From a virus, in IMG/VR virus record IMGVR_UViG_3300044611_002466, positions 1 to 64,000 of that record: a DNA stretch of 64,000 nt. One strand, 5' to 3'. Made by a program: the position numbers and the translations under genes. The notes beneath the pieces were generated by a model. That model ran no database searches, was not told where the DNA came from, and was given only the letters and a program-made list of their open reading frames with translations. Positions 55,642 to 64,000 of the stretch are shown here, piece after piece (within the stretch, counting starts at the first letter, position 1; each line of letters begins with the position of its first letter).

Positions 55642-56130
55642 ATGACCCCCCTCCCCGAGGAATCGGCTCGAATGAACGAGATGATCGCCTATGTACGGTT
55701 GTACATGCGCGACTTCCCGGAGCTGAATCGCCTGACGCAGGGCCATGAGAGCTCCCCGCGCATGATCGCGTGGGCGATCATCGACGCCCTCGACGACTGG
55801 AACACGACCCCACCCTTCCTCGGAGACTGCACCCTCGCGAGCTTCCCATCCAAGCACCTGCTCTGTCGCGGTGCGGCCATCTCGCTGCTCGAAGGAGTGG
55901 CGATGCTCCAGATGCGGAACCAGCTCTCGTTCAGCGACGGGGGCATCACGGTGTCCGTAAACGACAAGGCGCCGCAGCTCATGCAGTGGTTGTCCATGAT
56001 GAAGGCGACCTACGAGGACAAGAAAGTCAAGGTGAAGTCCTCCCAGAACGTCGAGATGGCCATGGGTGGGAGCGGGCACCACTCCGAGTACTCCGCGATC
56101 AACGGCTCGTACCTGATGGGCATGAACTGA
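55642..56130 (+). CDS. Putative head-tail adaptor (neck 1)
   Basis: YVRLYMRD.PELN.L...AIIDALDDWN helical bundle; post-MCP position. Confidence 0.6.
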   Translation: MTPLPEESARMNEMIAYVRLYMRDFPELNRLTQGHESSPRMIAWAIIDALDDWNTTPPFLGDCTLASFPSKHLLCRGAAISLLEGVAMLQMRNQLSFSDGGITVSVNDKAPQLMQWLSMMKATYEDKKVKVKSSQNVEMAMGGSGHHSEYSAINGSYLMGMN

Positions 56131-56131
56131 C

Positions 56132-56902
56132 ATGGAGACCCCCTGGACCACCCGAGTCTCGCTCGAGCACCGCATCGCTGCGGCCGACCTGTGGATGGAG
56201 TTCACGGGCCGCAAGAATGCGTCCGCCCCGGGGTCCATCAAGGAAGCAAACGGCGACATGGTCGCGGACCAGAAGGCGCCCAGCCGCGGCCTCGGGGCCC
56301 CGGCACGCGGAGCTCTCGCCGGAGGGGTAACGGGTGCGGGTCTCGCGGGGGTCGCGACGCACTACGCCAACAAGGGACTTGCGGCGGGAGCTCCACGCAT
56401 CTCGCGTGGCTTGGCTGCGCTCGGAGGCGGGACTGTTGGCGCGGGGGTTGGGGCTACGCTCGGGGCGGGCTACCTCATCCACAAGGCGATGAAGGCACAC
56501 ACTGACGCGTCGACGAAGACAGGATCCGCCGCCGAGTCGATGCTCGTGTACCTGCGCTCCCACCCGCGTGCCGCCGCCGCCGTTGGCGCCGCCCTGCTTG
56601 CCACGCCAGCAGCGGCAGGGGGGTACCTCCACGAGAAGGCCCGGCACACGGCCGGCGGAGGCGGGAAGAGCAAGTACGAGATCGACAACGCCCTGGAGCT
56701 GGAGAAGCACCGAGCTCACACGGAGCACGCGGGCACGGACTCCGCCGTGTCGAAGTTGAAGGAGAAGTACCTGCGCATGAAGGAGCGAGCAGGGGTGGAG
56801 GCACGGGAAGATCCTCGCCGCGCTGCTCTCTACGGGGCTCTGCCGTACGGACTGCTCGCGGGGACGACTGGCGCCACGCTCGTACCCCGGCTGCTTCGGT
56901 GA
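56132..56902 (+). CDS. Gly-zipper protein with KxA motifs
   Basis: RKNAS, IKEAN; several GxxxG hydrophobic segments. Confidence 0.65.
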   Translation: METPWTTRVSLEHRIAAADLWMEFTGRKNASAPGSIKEANGDMVADQKAPSRGLGAPARGALAGGVTGAGLAGVATHYANKGLAAGAPRISRGLAALGGGTVGAGVGATLGAGYLIHKAMKAHTDASTKTGSAAESMLVYLRSHPRAAAAVGAALLATPAAAGGYLHEKARHTAGGGGKSKYEIDNALELEKHRAHTEHAGTDSAVSKLKEKYLRMKERAGVEAREDPRRAALYGALPYGLLAGTTGATLVPRLLR

Positions 56903-57789
56903 GGTTCACCGGCCTACAGGTATCCGGCTTCAGCCGGCGCTATCACGACATCGACTGGGAGATCGCGCCCACCCACGATGACATGCAGGAGTGGGAGTTC
57001 TTCGTCGAGCGCTCCGAGTCCGAGGCGGGGCCCTGGCTCACCATCGCCGGCCCCATCATCGACCGCTACTACGTGCGGGACAACACGACTCCGCAGATCT
57101 CCATCAACCGCACGCTCTTCTACCGAGTGCGCGCAGAGAACCGCTCCCGCGGCCTCAACGCGGTCTCCCCCGTAGCGGATCGCGAGGGGTCTCCGGACCT
57201 CATCGCGGTTGAGATTGCGAGCCTGGAGCACCTCCTCTTCACGGAGTTTACCGGGACGCGCTCGTGGCTGTTCACCCGGCGTACGTTCGGGCAGCGATGT
57301 CCGCAGTGCTGGGACGATGTCCTCTCCAAGGTCACCGACGACTCGTGCCCCACGTGCTTCCGAACGGGCTTCTCTGGGGGGTACCACTACCCGATCGAGT
57401 TTTACGCCCAGTTTGACCGGAGCCCGTCGGTCGAGAACCTGACCACGTTCGACCACCACCAGCTGAACACGCAGACGTTTCGGTGCACGGCTTCTCCGAA
57501 GATCACGCCGTCATCGCTGATCATCGACCACAAGAACCAGCGGTTTCGGGTGATCGCGGTCTCATGTACGTCGCGCCTCGGTGTTGGTGTGCACCAGGAA
57601 GTGCAGGTAGCGCAGCTCCAGCCCGGCTCGATCGAGGACGCCATTGAGCTGAAGGTCGAACACCGTGGGCTGGCGCTGGCTGGGCCACGGAACTACACAA
57701 ACCCGCAGAACGTAGAGGCTGCAGGCTCCTCGGCCAACTCGCCGGAGCTGGACGCGCTACTGGCGGGCTACGGGTACAGCGATGCGTGA
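56899..57789 (+). CDS. Putative head-closure/neck 2 protein
   Basis: FGQRCPQCWD...CPTCFRTGFSGGY Zn insertion; beta-rich. Confidence 0.6.
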   Translation: MRFTGLQVSGFSRRYHDIDWEIAPTHDDMQEWEFFVERSESEAGPWLTIAGPIIDRYYVRDNTTPQISINRTLFYRVRAENRSRGLNAVSPVADREGSPDLIAVEIASLEHLLFTEFTGTRSWLFTRRTFGQRCPQCWDDVLSKVTDDSCPTCFRTGFSGGYHYPIEFYAQFDRSPSVENLTTFDHHQLNTQTFRCTASPKITPSSLIIDHKNQRFRVIAVSCTSRLGVGVHQEVQVAQLQPGSIEDAIELKVEHRGLALAGPRNYTNPQNVEAAGSSANSPELDALLAGYGYSDA

Positions 57790-58210
57790 CAACGAGCTCC
57801 TCGATCGGATGCGCGACCAGCCTGGGTACAAGAAGTACCAGGAGGCCGCCGCGAAGACCCCGCGCTCGCAGTACCCGTGGGGGACGCTCCTCGCCAACGT
57901 GGGAGGGATCGCAGTCGCGCATACGGCCGGGTACGTCAGCGCCGGTGCGCTCGCCTCGCTCCTCGCGTCGTCCCGTGTGGGGGAGCGCTTCGCGCGGCTC
58001 CCCCACACGACGCAGCTCAACGCCATCGCACACGCGGTCTCGATCGCAGGCTCCGTCGGGGTGGTTGCATCCGGCTTGGCGCGCATCGCGGGGCAGCTAC
58101 GAGTCGCCGAGGAGATCTCCCGCATGGAGAAGGAGCGCGCGGCGGCGTCGAGTGAGAAGGTCGCCTCGGTCTACTTCGTGTACGAGCAGGCGCTCCGAGC
58201 GCTCCAGTGA
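57782..58210 (+). CDS. Hydrophobic protein with C-terminal KxA site
   Basis: Two hydrophobic segments; SEKVAS. Confidence 0.65.
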   Translation: MRDNELLDRMRDQPGYKKYQEAAAKTPRSQYPWGTLLANVGGIAVAHTAGYVSAGALASLLASSRVGERFARLPHTTQLNAIAHAVSIAGSVGVVASGLARIAGQLRVAEEISRMEKERAAASSEKVASVYFVYEQALRALQ

Positions 58211-59013
58211 GTACCGTAGCGACCAGGTCCAAGCGGGTTCCTCTGGATCTCGGGTCGAGTCCGTTGGTGTACGCACAACGGCTGTACGTGCAGTTCCTGC
58301 AGGGGCTGTGCAACTTCAACGAGAAGGGGTGCCTGCACTGGGAACCGGACGAGGATCTCACGGAGATCGTGATCCGGTCCGAAGCCCCCATCAACATGAA
58401 GAACGTCGGAAAGCGGCCCGTCATTGCCGTGATCATGGGGCCGACGCAGTACCAAGGCCTCGGCGTCGACCAGATGCAGAGCATGTCGCTGAACTCTGAG
58501 AAGCGCGTCTATACGGACCTTCTTAGCGGACACCTTGTGGTTTACTGCCTCGCCGAGAACGACGTGGTGGCCCAGTGGATCGCGCACATGGTCGTCCACG
58601 GGACGCGTACGAACCGACGACTGCTCGAGGGTGCCGGCGGCTTCCACCAAATATCCCGCCCCGCTCCTTCTCTTAACCCTCCAAGCCCGCCAGGGGCCTT
58701 GGTCGTTGGAGATCCCGCCGGGCTCGTCATGGTGCAGGTCAACGAGCCCTTCTCCTTGCAATGGACGTGGTCCACCGAGCCGTCCGCACCCAGCCACGAG
58801 CGGTCGCTGGACATGATTACGAGCGGCCCGCGCGCGAGCTCCTACCCGTACGCTTCCCACAAGACGCTGGAACGGGTAGAGTTGGCGATGTCGGCCGCCC
58901 CCGTCACGCTCCGTCGAATCTCGGGAGCGGTGAGCACTACCGAGACCATCCTCAACGGCATAGACGACCTCCAGGTCGTACACGCTTCCACCAGTACTGA
59001 CGAGGCTCGATAA
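58207..59013 (+). CDS. Putative tail terminator/completion protein
   Basis: KRPVIAVIMGP; directly before the sheath. Confidence 0.55.
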   Translation: MSTVATRSKRVPLDLGSSPLVYAQRLYVQFLQGLCNFNEKGCLHWEPDEDLTEIVIRSEAPINMKNVGKRPVIAVIMGPTQYQGLGVDQMQSMSLNSEKRVYTDLLSGHLVVYCLAENDVVAQWIAHMVVHGTRTNRRLLEGAGGFHQISRPAPSLNPPSPPGALVVGDPAGLVMVQVNEPFSLQWTWSTEPSAPSHERSLDMITSGPRASSYPYASHKTLERVELAMSAAPVTLRRISGAVSTTETILNGIDDLQVVHASTSTDEAR

Positions 59014-59016
59014 CCC

Positions 59017-62000
59017 ATGGCATCCGAAAACCGCGTTGGTGTGGAAGTCACGCAGACCATCTCCGAGAAGGCCACCGTCCCCGTCCTGCCCTCGCTGGTT
59101 CCGGCGGTGGTCGGGGTGTGTCGCCAGATCGTGGAGACCACAGACAAGGACGGCGCCCTGAGCGCGGATGCCAAGTACCCGAGCGGTCGGTACAACCAGG
59201 CATCGTTGTACATCCCGCAGGCAGACTTCCCCAACCCGCGAGACAACATCGACGAGCTCAACATCGACGAGGGCACTGTCGGTGTCTCCCTCTACTTCGG
59301 TGGTCAGCTGCGCGAGCTCGACCGCGGAAGCAACGACGCCTACGGGTCGGCGCTGCTCAAGCTGGTGAACCTGAGCCGCGCTGCTGCCTTCCAGACGTCC
59401 GAGGAAGCCAGCTTCGCGTTCGACGCGACGGTGGGGAACCCCATCACGATCGCCTTCGACGTGGTGAACCCGGAGAACGTGTCCTCGGACATCACGATCA
59501 CCTTTGTGGGGACGCTGACGGTGTCCGAGGTGGTCGCCCGCTTCAACGAGGTCGTCGGAGCGACCGTCGCCACCGTCGTGGGTAGTGTCATGCAGGTGAC
59601 CTCCCCGACGTTCGGTGCGACCTCCAGCATCACGGTGCGCGCGGGCTCTTCGGCCTTGCCGATCCTCTTCGGGTCGTCCTTCAGTGCAGAGCTCGAGCAC
59701 CGCGTCGTCGGGGCCGGTTTCCACGGCCAGGACGACGCAGACGGCGACCTTGTCACTCCCTGGATCGAGTTCTCCCGCGGTGGCTACTTCACGAAGGACT
59801 CGAGCGGGGTGACCACGACCGTGTCCTCGTTCCCGGTGTCGCCGACGTCCAACGTGATGTGGGTGGGCCAGGTGGACCTCGACGGCACCTTCAACACCGC
59901 GAAGGCCGCCGCCGTCTCCTACACAGGCACGTCCGCTACCGTGCCCCTGCGTGCTGCGACCGCATCGATCCCCGGGGACCAGATGTGGGCCGGCGGTGCC
60001 CAGGTCGGCAGCGGCGAGATCATCAAGGTCGAGGCCAGTCGGTTCAAGATCGGCAAGCTCAACAACTCGCTGTCGACCTTCGATGAAGACGGCGCCCCGG
60101 TGAACCGCGTCTACGACACGGTCGAGGTGAACACCGAGAACCACGGGACGCCGTTCGCCCCCAAGTACGCCTATTTCCGGGCCCTCGGGCTTGCCTACGG
60201 GAGCATCACCCCGGAGGGCGAGGCCGCCACTCTCACAGGTGGGAACGCGGGCCTGGATGAGCGCCCTGCCATCGTCCAGAGCTCGACGGACATCACGTTC
60301 CCGCTGAGCCCCGCCAGCCTCACCCTCAACTTCCAGGTCACCGAGGATGGGATCGAGGGAGACGAGGTGACCTACACGTTCGCCGGCGGCCCCTACGCCA
60401 ACATCGCTGCGCTGGTGGCGCTGCTCGCCGCCGCCGACGAGTTCAGCCAGATCACCGTCGGCAACCAGGGGAATCGGCTCGTGCTCAGCACCACGAAGAG
60501 TGGTGCGGATCAGAGCATCTCGATCAAGACGACGGGTACCGCGAACACCGCGCTCAAGTTCTCCACCTCCGCTGCGACTGCCGATGTCGGCAAGGACGTC
60601 GAGTTCGCCACGCAGGCGGTGCTGGAGAGCGACGTCTTCGCGCTCCCGATGGCGGCGGAGACGTCGCTCGTGTTCGGGCTCACGGTCGAGGACTCGAAGG
60701 GCGTTCACACCGTGACGTCGGACGCGGTGACCCTCGCGTCTGTCACCAACTTCACGACGCTCATCGACGCGATCTGCGAGGCCTTCGGCTCGGCCAACGG
60801 CACCACGGACCCGACCATCTACGATGGCGGCATCGCCATCGCGACGCTGAGTTCCTCCGGCGGGACCGACACCACGGGCACGCTCACGATCACCACGATC
60901 GAGGGCGGCAGTGCCGTGTCTCTGGAGTTGCTGGCTGTCGATGAGACGGACGGGTGGCGCTTCCTTGGTTTCCACGACGACACCGGCGGTACCTCCGCGG
61001 TGCTCGACTCGGGCGGCGGCGTCACGGACTTCGTCGACCTCGCCGGCCTCTGGGTGATCGCCGGCACCAGCGGCTTCAGCCTGGAGATCATCGGCGGCGT
61101 GAACGCCTTCTCCGTGGCGGACATCACCATCCCGGCGGCGACCTACGATGCGACCCAGCTGGCGACCGCGATGCAGGTCGCCATTCGGACCGCCATCGGC
61201 GGCAGCGCGACTGTCACGGTCGCGTGGGTCGACGCTGGGTACTTCCTGGTCACCGCACCTGGTGCGTCGGACATCACCATCGCCCCGCGGGGAGCTGGGA
61301 CGGATCGCAGCGCGTCGATCTTCGGGAGCGCCCCGGTCGGCGCGGCCACCACCTGGACCGGCTCTGCGCCCACGCAGACCCGACTCACGATCGAGCTGAC
61401 CGTCGCCTACAACGGCACCGAGGACGTCATCACCGGCCTCGCCACCTACGCGATGGCCGCCGCGGCAGACGCAGAGGCGCTTGCAGAGCTGCTCAACGCG
61501 TCGACCGACTTCTCCGGGCACACCGTCGCGGGAGAGCGGCTGGTGGAGTGGTTCTCCGCCGACAACGACGTGGTGTCCGTCCGCTCTATCAAGGGCGGTG
61601 CCCTCGCCTCCATCGAGTACGCGGCTGCGCAGCCCGGTCTTGTGGCCATCGGCTTCGACGCCGGCGGTCTGAGCGACAACGGCGCAGCGCTGGGCGGCAA
61701 CTCCGACAGCATCGGAGAGGACGGCCTGAAGAGCACCGCGCTGCTCTTCAGCCTCGACGACAATCCGTACGAGTACGAGATCACCTTCGACAGCAACTCC
61801 CTCATGGACGCCATCGGTCTCATCAACGAGGCCGTCGACGGCTCTGACGACGTGGCCACCGAGGGTGAGGGCGTGCTCGTGTTGACGAGCTTGCTCGCTG
61901 GCGCGGCGAGCAAGGTCTCCATCAACTCCGAGGATGGCAGCGCGGCGGCTGTTCTCGGCCTCTCGGGCACCGACGAGGGCGCCGGCCGGCCGAACCCCGA

Positions 62001-63504
62001 CTTCTACCTGGACGGGGACGGCGCGATCCACGTCGGCCCGAACATCCTGCGCAACAAGAGCTCCGGCATCCCGTTCTCGCTCGCGTCGGCGCTCGCAGAC
62101 ATCTACGTGTCGTACACCGCGCTGCGTAGCGATGTGACCGCCTCCGCGGTGGCCCCGTCGCTGCTGGCCTTCAGCGACGTCGCCACTCTGGAAGCCAGCA
62201 TCGGTCCCATCAGCACCAACAACCCCCTGGCGTTGGGCACCTTCCTCGCCATGGTCAACTGCCCGACCTACCAAGTCAGCGCGCTCGGTGTCGACGAGGC
62301 GAGTGCGGCGGCCCCGTTCGGTACCCTGGATGGCTGGAGCCGCGCGATCGGGTTCCTGGAGAGCAAGGAGATCTACGCGCTGGCTCCGCTCACCGATGAC
62401 GAGTACGTCCAGGGGCTCCTGGCCACTCACGTGCTCGCGATGAGCGCCCCGACTGAGCGCGGTGAGCGCATCCTGCTCATCTGGCAGCCCATCCCCTCGC
62501 GGGCGGACACCATCACGGTGTCCAGCGGGGAGGACGGCGCGACGAACGGGACGAGCAACTCCTTCACCCTCGGGTCGAACCCGAACTCCGACCTCCTCGC
62601 CAACGACATCGACCCGACCGATGCGATCGAGGTGAGCGAGAACCTCTACCTCGAGCTGGTGGTCGCCAGTTCCGGTGCCACGGAGCTGCGGCGCTACTCG
62701 GTGTCGGAGGTCAATGGCGTGGTCCTCACGCTGCGCACGACCTTCGCCACCGACGAGAACGTGGATGGGTTCTTCACGACGGCGACGCTCAGCGAGGATC
62801 TCTCCGCGGTCGACTACTCGCTGAAGATCCGCGGGGCCGAGCTGCTCATCGCCGGGACCGCCATCCCCGACCTCTCGGCGCGAGCCGCCGCGGCCGCCTC
62901 GGCGGCAACCCCGTACGCCAGCAGGCGTGTCTACCTGCTGGCCTGCGAGGCGGTCGACACCAGCATCGACGGCGTGACGCAGAAGGTCGAGGGCTTCTAC
63001 GCCGCCGCGGCGGTGGCGGGCATGGTTGCCCAGCAGGCCCCGCAGCAGCCCTTCACCCACTTCCCGATTGGCGGAATCGGGAAGGTGTACGGCACCGATG
63101 ACACGTACAGCGAGCGACAGCTCGACGTCGTCGCGGACGGTGGCAGGTACGTGCTGGTGAACATGGGAGGCGCGGTGGTCTCCCGCAAGCAGCTCTCGAC
63201 CTCCACCACCAGCATCCAGAGCATGGAGATGTCGATCACCCGTGCGATCGACTACCTCGCCAAGGCCCTTCGCCTGACCCTCCGGGTCTTCATCGGGCGT
63301 TCCAACATCTCGTCCGGCTTCCTGGACCAGGTCACGATGGCGATCGAGGGGGCCCTCGACTACCACGAGAACCAGAAGGTGGTCAACAAGGCGGAGCTCA
63401 AGGAGCTCCTTCAGGATGAGAACCGCCCCGACACCGTGATCATCGAGGTGGAGGTCGAAGTGGCCTACCCCTGCAACAAGATCAAGGTCACCATCGTCTC
63501 CTGA
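59017..63504 (+). CDS. Contractile tail sheath protein, unusually long
   Basis: N-terminal GVEVTQ...P.L.PAVVG; C-terminal sheath domain (AAAVAGMV...PFT...SITRAIDY...FIGRSNI...EVEVAYPCNKIKVTI). Confidence 0.85.
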   Translation: MASENRVGVEVTQTISEKATVPVLPSLVPAVVGVCRQIVETTDKDGALSADAKYPSGRYNQASLYIPQADFPNPRDNIDELNIDEGTVGVSLYFGGQLRELDRGSNDAYGSALLKLVNLSRAAAFQTSEEASFAFDATVGNPITIAFDVVNPENVSSDITITFVGTLTVSEVVARFNEVVGATVATVVGSVMQVTSPTFGATSSITVRAGSSALPILFGSSFSAELEHRVVGAGFHGQDDADGDLVTPWIEFSRGGYFTKDSSGVTTTVSSFPVSPTSNVMWVGQVDLDGTFNTAKAAAVSYTGTSATVPLRAATASIPGDQMWAGGAQVGSGEIIKVEASRFKIGKLNNSLSTFDEDGAPVNRVYDTVEVNTENHGTPFAPKYAYFRALGLAYGSITPEGEAATLTGGNAGLDERPAIVQSSTDITFPLSPASLTLNFQVTEDGIEGDEVTYTFAGGPYANIAALVALLAAADEFSQITVGNQGNRLVLSTTKSGADQSISIKTTGTANTALKFSTSAATADVGKDVEFATQAVLESDVFALPMAAETSLVFGLTVEDSKGVHTVTSDAVTLASVTNFTTLIDAICEAFGSANGTTDPTIYDGGIAIATLSSSGGTDTTGTLTITTIEGGSAVSLELLAVDETDGWRFLGFHDDTGGTSAVLDSGGGVTDFVDLAGLWVIAGTSGFSLEIIGGVNAFSVADITIPAATYDATQLATAMQVAIRTAIGGSATVTVAWVDAGYFLVTAPGASDITIAPRGAGTDRSASIFGSAPVGAATTWTGSAPTQTRLTIELTVAYNGTEDVITGLATYAMAAAADAEALAELLNASTDFSGHTVAGERLVEWFSADNDVVSVRSIKGGALASIEYAAAQPGLVAIGFDAGGLSDNGAALGGNSDSIGEDGLKSTALLFSLDDNPYEYEITFDSNSLMDAIGLINEAVDGSDDVATEGEGVLVLTSLLAGAASKVSINSEDGSAAAVLGLSGTDEGAGRPNPDFYLDGDGAIHVGPNILRNKSSGIPFSLASALADIYVSYTALRSDVTASAVAPSLLAFSDVATLEASIGPISTNNPLALGTFLAMVNCPTYQVSALGVDEASAAAPFGTLDGWSRAIGFLESKEIYALAPLTDDEYVQGLLATHVLAMSAPTERGERILLIWQPIPSRADTITVSSGEDGATNGTSNSFTLGSNPNSDLLANDIDPTDAIEVSENLYLELVVASSGATELRRYSVSEVNGVVLTLRTTFATDENVDGFFTTATLSEDLSAVDYSLKIRGAELLIAGTAIPDLSARAAAAASAATPYASRRVYLLACEAVDTSIDGVTQKVEGFYAAAAVAGMVAQQAPQQPFTHFPIGGIGKVYGTDDTYSERQLDVVADGGRYVLVNMGGAVVSRKQLSTSTTSIQSMEMSITRAIDYLAKALRLTLRVFIGRSNISSGFLDQVTMAIEGALDYHENQKVVNKAELKELLQDENRPDTVIIEVEVEVAYPCNKIKVTIVS

Positions 63505-63528
63505 CCCCCGACCCTCTGCGGAGCCCAC

Positions 63529-64000
63529 ATGTCGACCGTCGCGAAGTGCCTTTCCAACGCCCCCTCCTACACCCGGCGCTACGTGGACACGTTCGCCACG
63601 CCGAAGCACCGCACGTTCGACGCGCGTGATGCGATCCTCGGCGACGCCCTCCAGATCTCCGAGGAGCGGCCGGACAGCTACTACCCGATGATCACCGACC
63701 TCGCTGAGGAGATCGTCCTCCTGGCCTCGGCCTCTCCCCTCACCGGCCTCGTGATCTCCGGCGCGAACTTCGTCGGCGATGCAGTGCGAGCCTCCGGCAT
63801 CAGCGATGAAGACGGGACCGTCACCACCAAGGAGCTGACCTGGACCCGAGTGGTCCCCGGCGACGAGGACATCACGGTCACCATCGCCTCCTCGGGCGTG
63901 GCGAACAACACCGTGACCTGCTCGTGGAACCCCTCCACCCTGGTCCTCACCGTCACCCGCGGCACCACGGCCACCGCCGATGACGTGTTCACCGCGGTCA
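63529..64000 (+). CDS. Structural protein, truncated by the window end
   Basis: ATG 63529 with GGAG RBS; MSTVAKCLSNAPSY...; open to the edge. Confidence 0.65.
   Translation, partial: MSTVAKCLSNAPSYTRRYVDTFATPKHRTFDARDAILGDALQISEERPDSYYPMITDLAEEIVLLASASPLTGLVISGANFVGDAVRASGISDEDGTVTTKELTWTRVVPGDEDITVTIASSGVANNTVTCSWNPSTLVLTVTRGTTATADDVFTAV

Noticed and set aside
58171-63609. Very long antisense ORFs (also 262-1476, 14137-16365, 20218-21738, 27830-31093, 33209-34909, 46327-48915, 48542-50395)
   Set aside because: Shadow frames of strongly GC3-biased genes; no motifs, no RBS support, Arg/Gly/Val-skewed composition
1-64000. Eukaryotic virus origin (herpes-like protease, multisubunit RNAP)
   Set aside because: Shine-Dalgarno sites, coupled operons, bacterial-type beta/beta' motifs, DnaG/DnaB and a contractile sheath indicate a bacteriophage
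1-64000. Contractile injection system or prophage in a bacterial chromosome
   Set aside because: Portal, terminase, MCP and replication genes are present, and no host housekeeping context or integrase is seen
1-64000. tRNA/rRNA genes and stop-codon reassignment
   Set aside because: No cloverleaf or T-loop consensus was seen in the few intergenic gaps; all three stop codons end genes normally

Overview
GC-rich segment of a large tailed bacteriophage with a contractile tail (jumbo-myovirus-like). I found no tRNA, rRNA, CRISPR array or integrase. The window has two kinds of gene block. Minus-strand blocks (1-7.9 kb, 13.3-14.1 kb, 36.6-41.4 kb, 43.3-45.1 kb) carry an SSB, primase, DnaB-like helicase, a family-4 UDG-like protein, an SF2 helicase, RNase HII, a pentapeptide-repeat protein, a MerR-type HTH protein and many small ORFs. 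Most of these blocks are headed by a shared G(T/A/G)CATAAG motif. Plus-strand blocks carry the portal, a single-chain beta-beta' RNA polymerase with two LAGLIDADG inteins, a baseplate spike and fibre genes, large terminase, a prohead protease, head proteins, major capsid protein, neck and tail-completion proteins and a 1495-aa sheath. Main observations: (i) a recurring hydrophobic-x-K-x-A-(S/A/G) motif in about 16 head-region proteins, including the MCP N-terminus and the protease itself. This suggests a protease-processed polyprotein cargo system that would release glycine-zipper peptides and a Dps-like domain. (ii) A compact fused RNAP lacking the beta' N-terminal zinc-binding domain, split by inteins at the catalytic motif (Asp-terminated intein) and at the trigger loop. 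(iii) A candidate phage promoter motif. (iv) A 45-aa RiPP-precursor-like peptide below the ORF-track cutoff. All product calls come from motif recognition by eye; no database searches were run.
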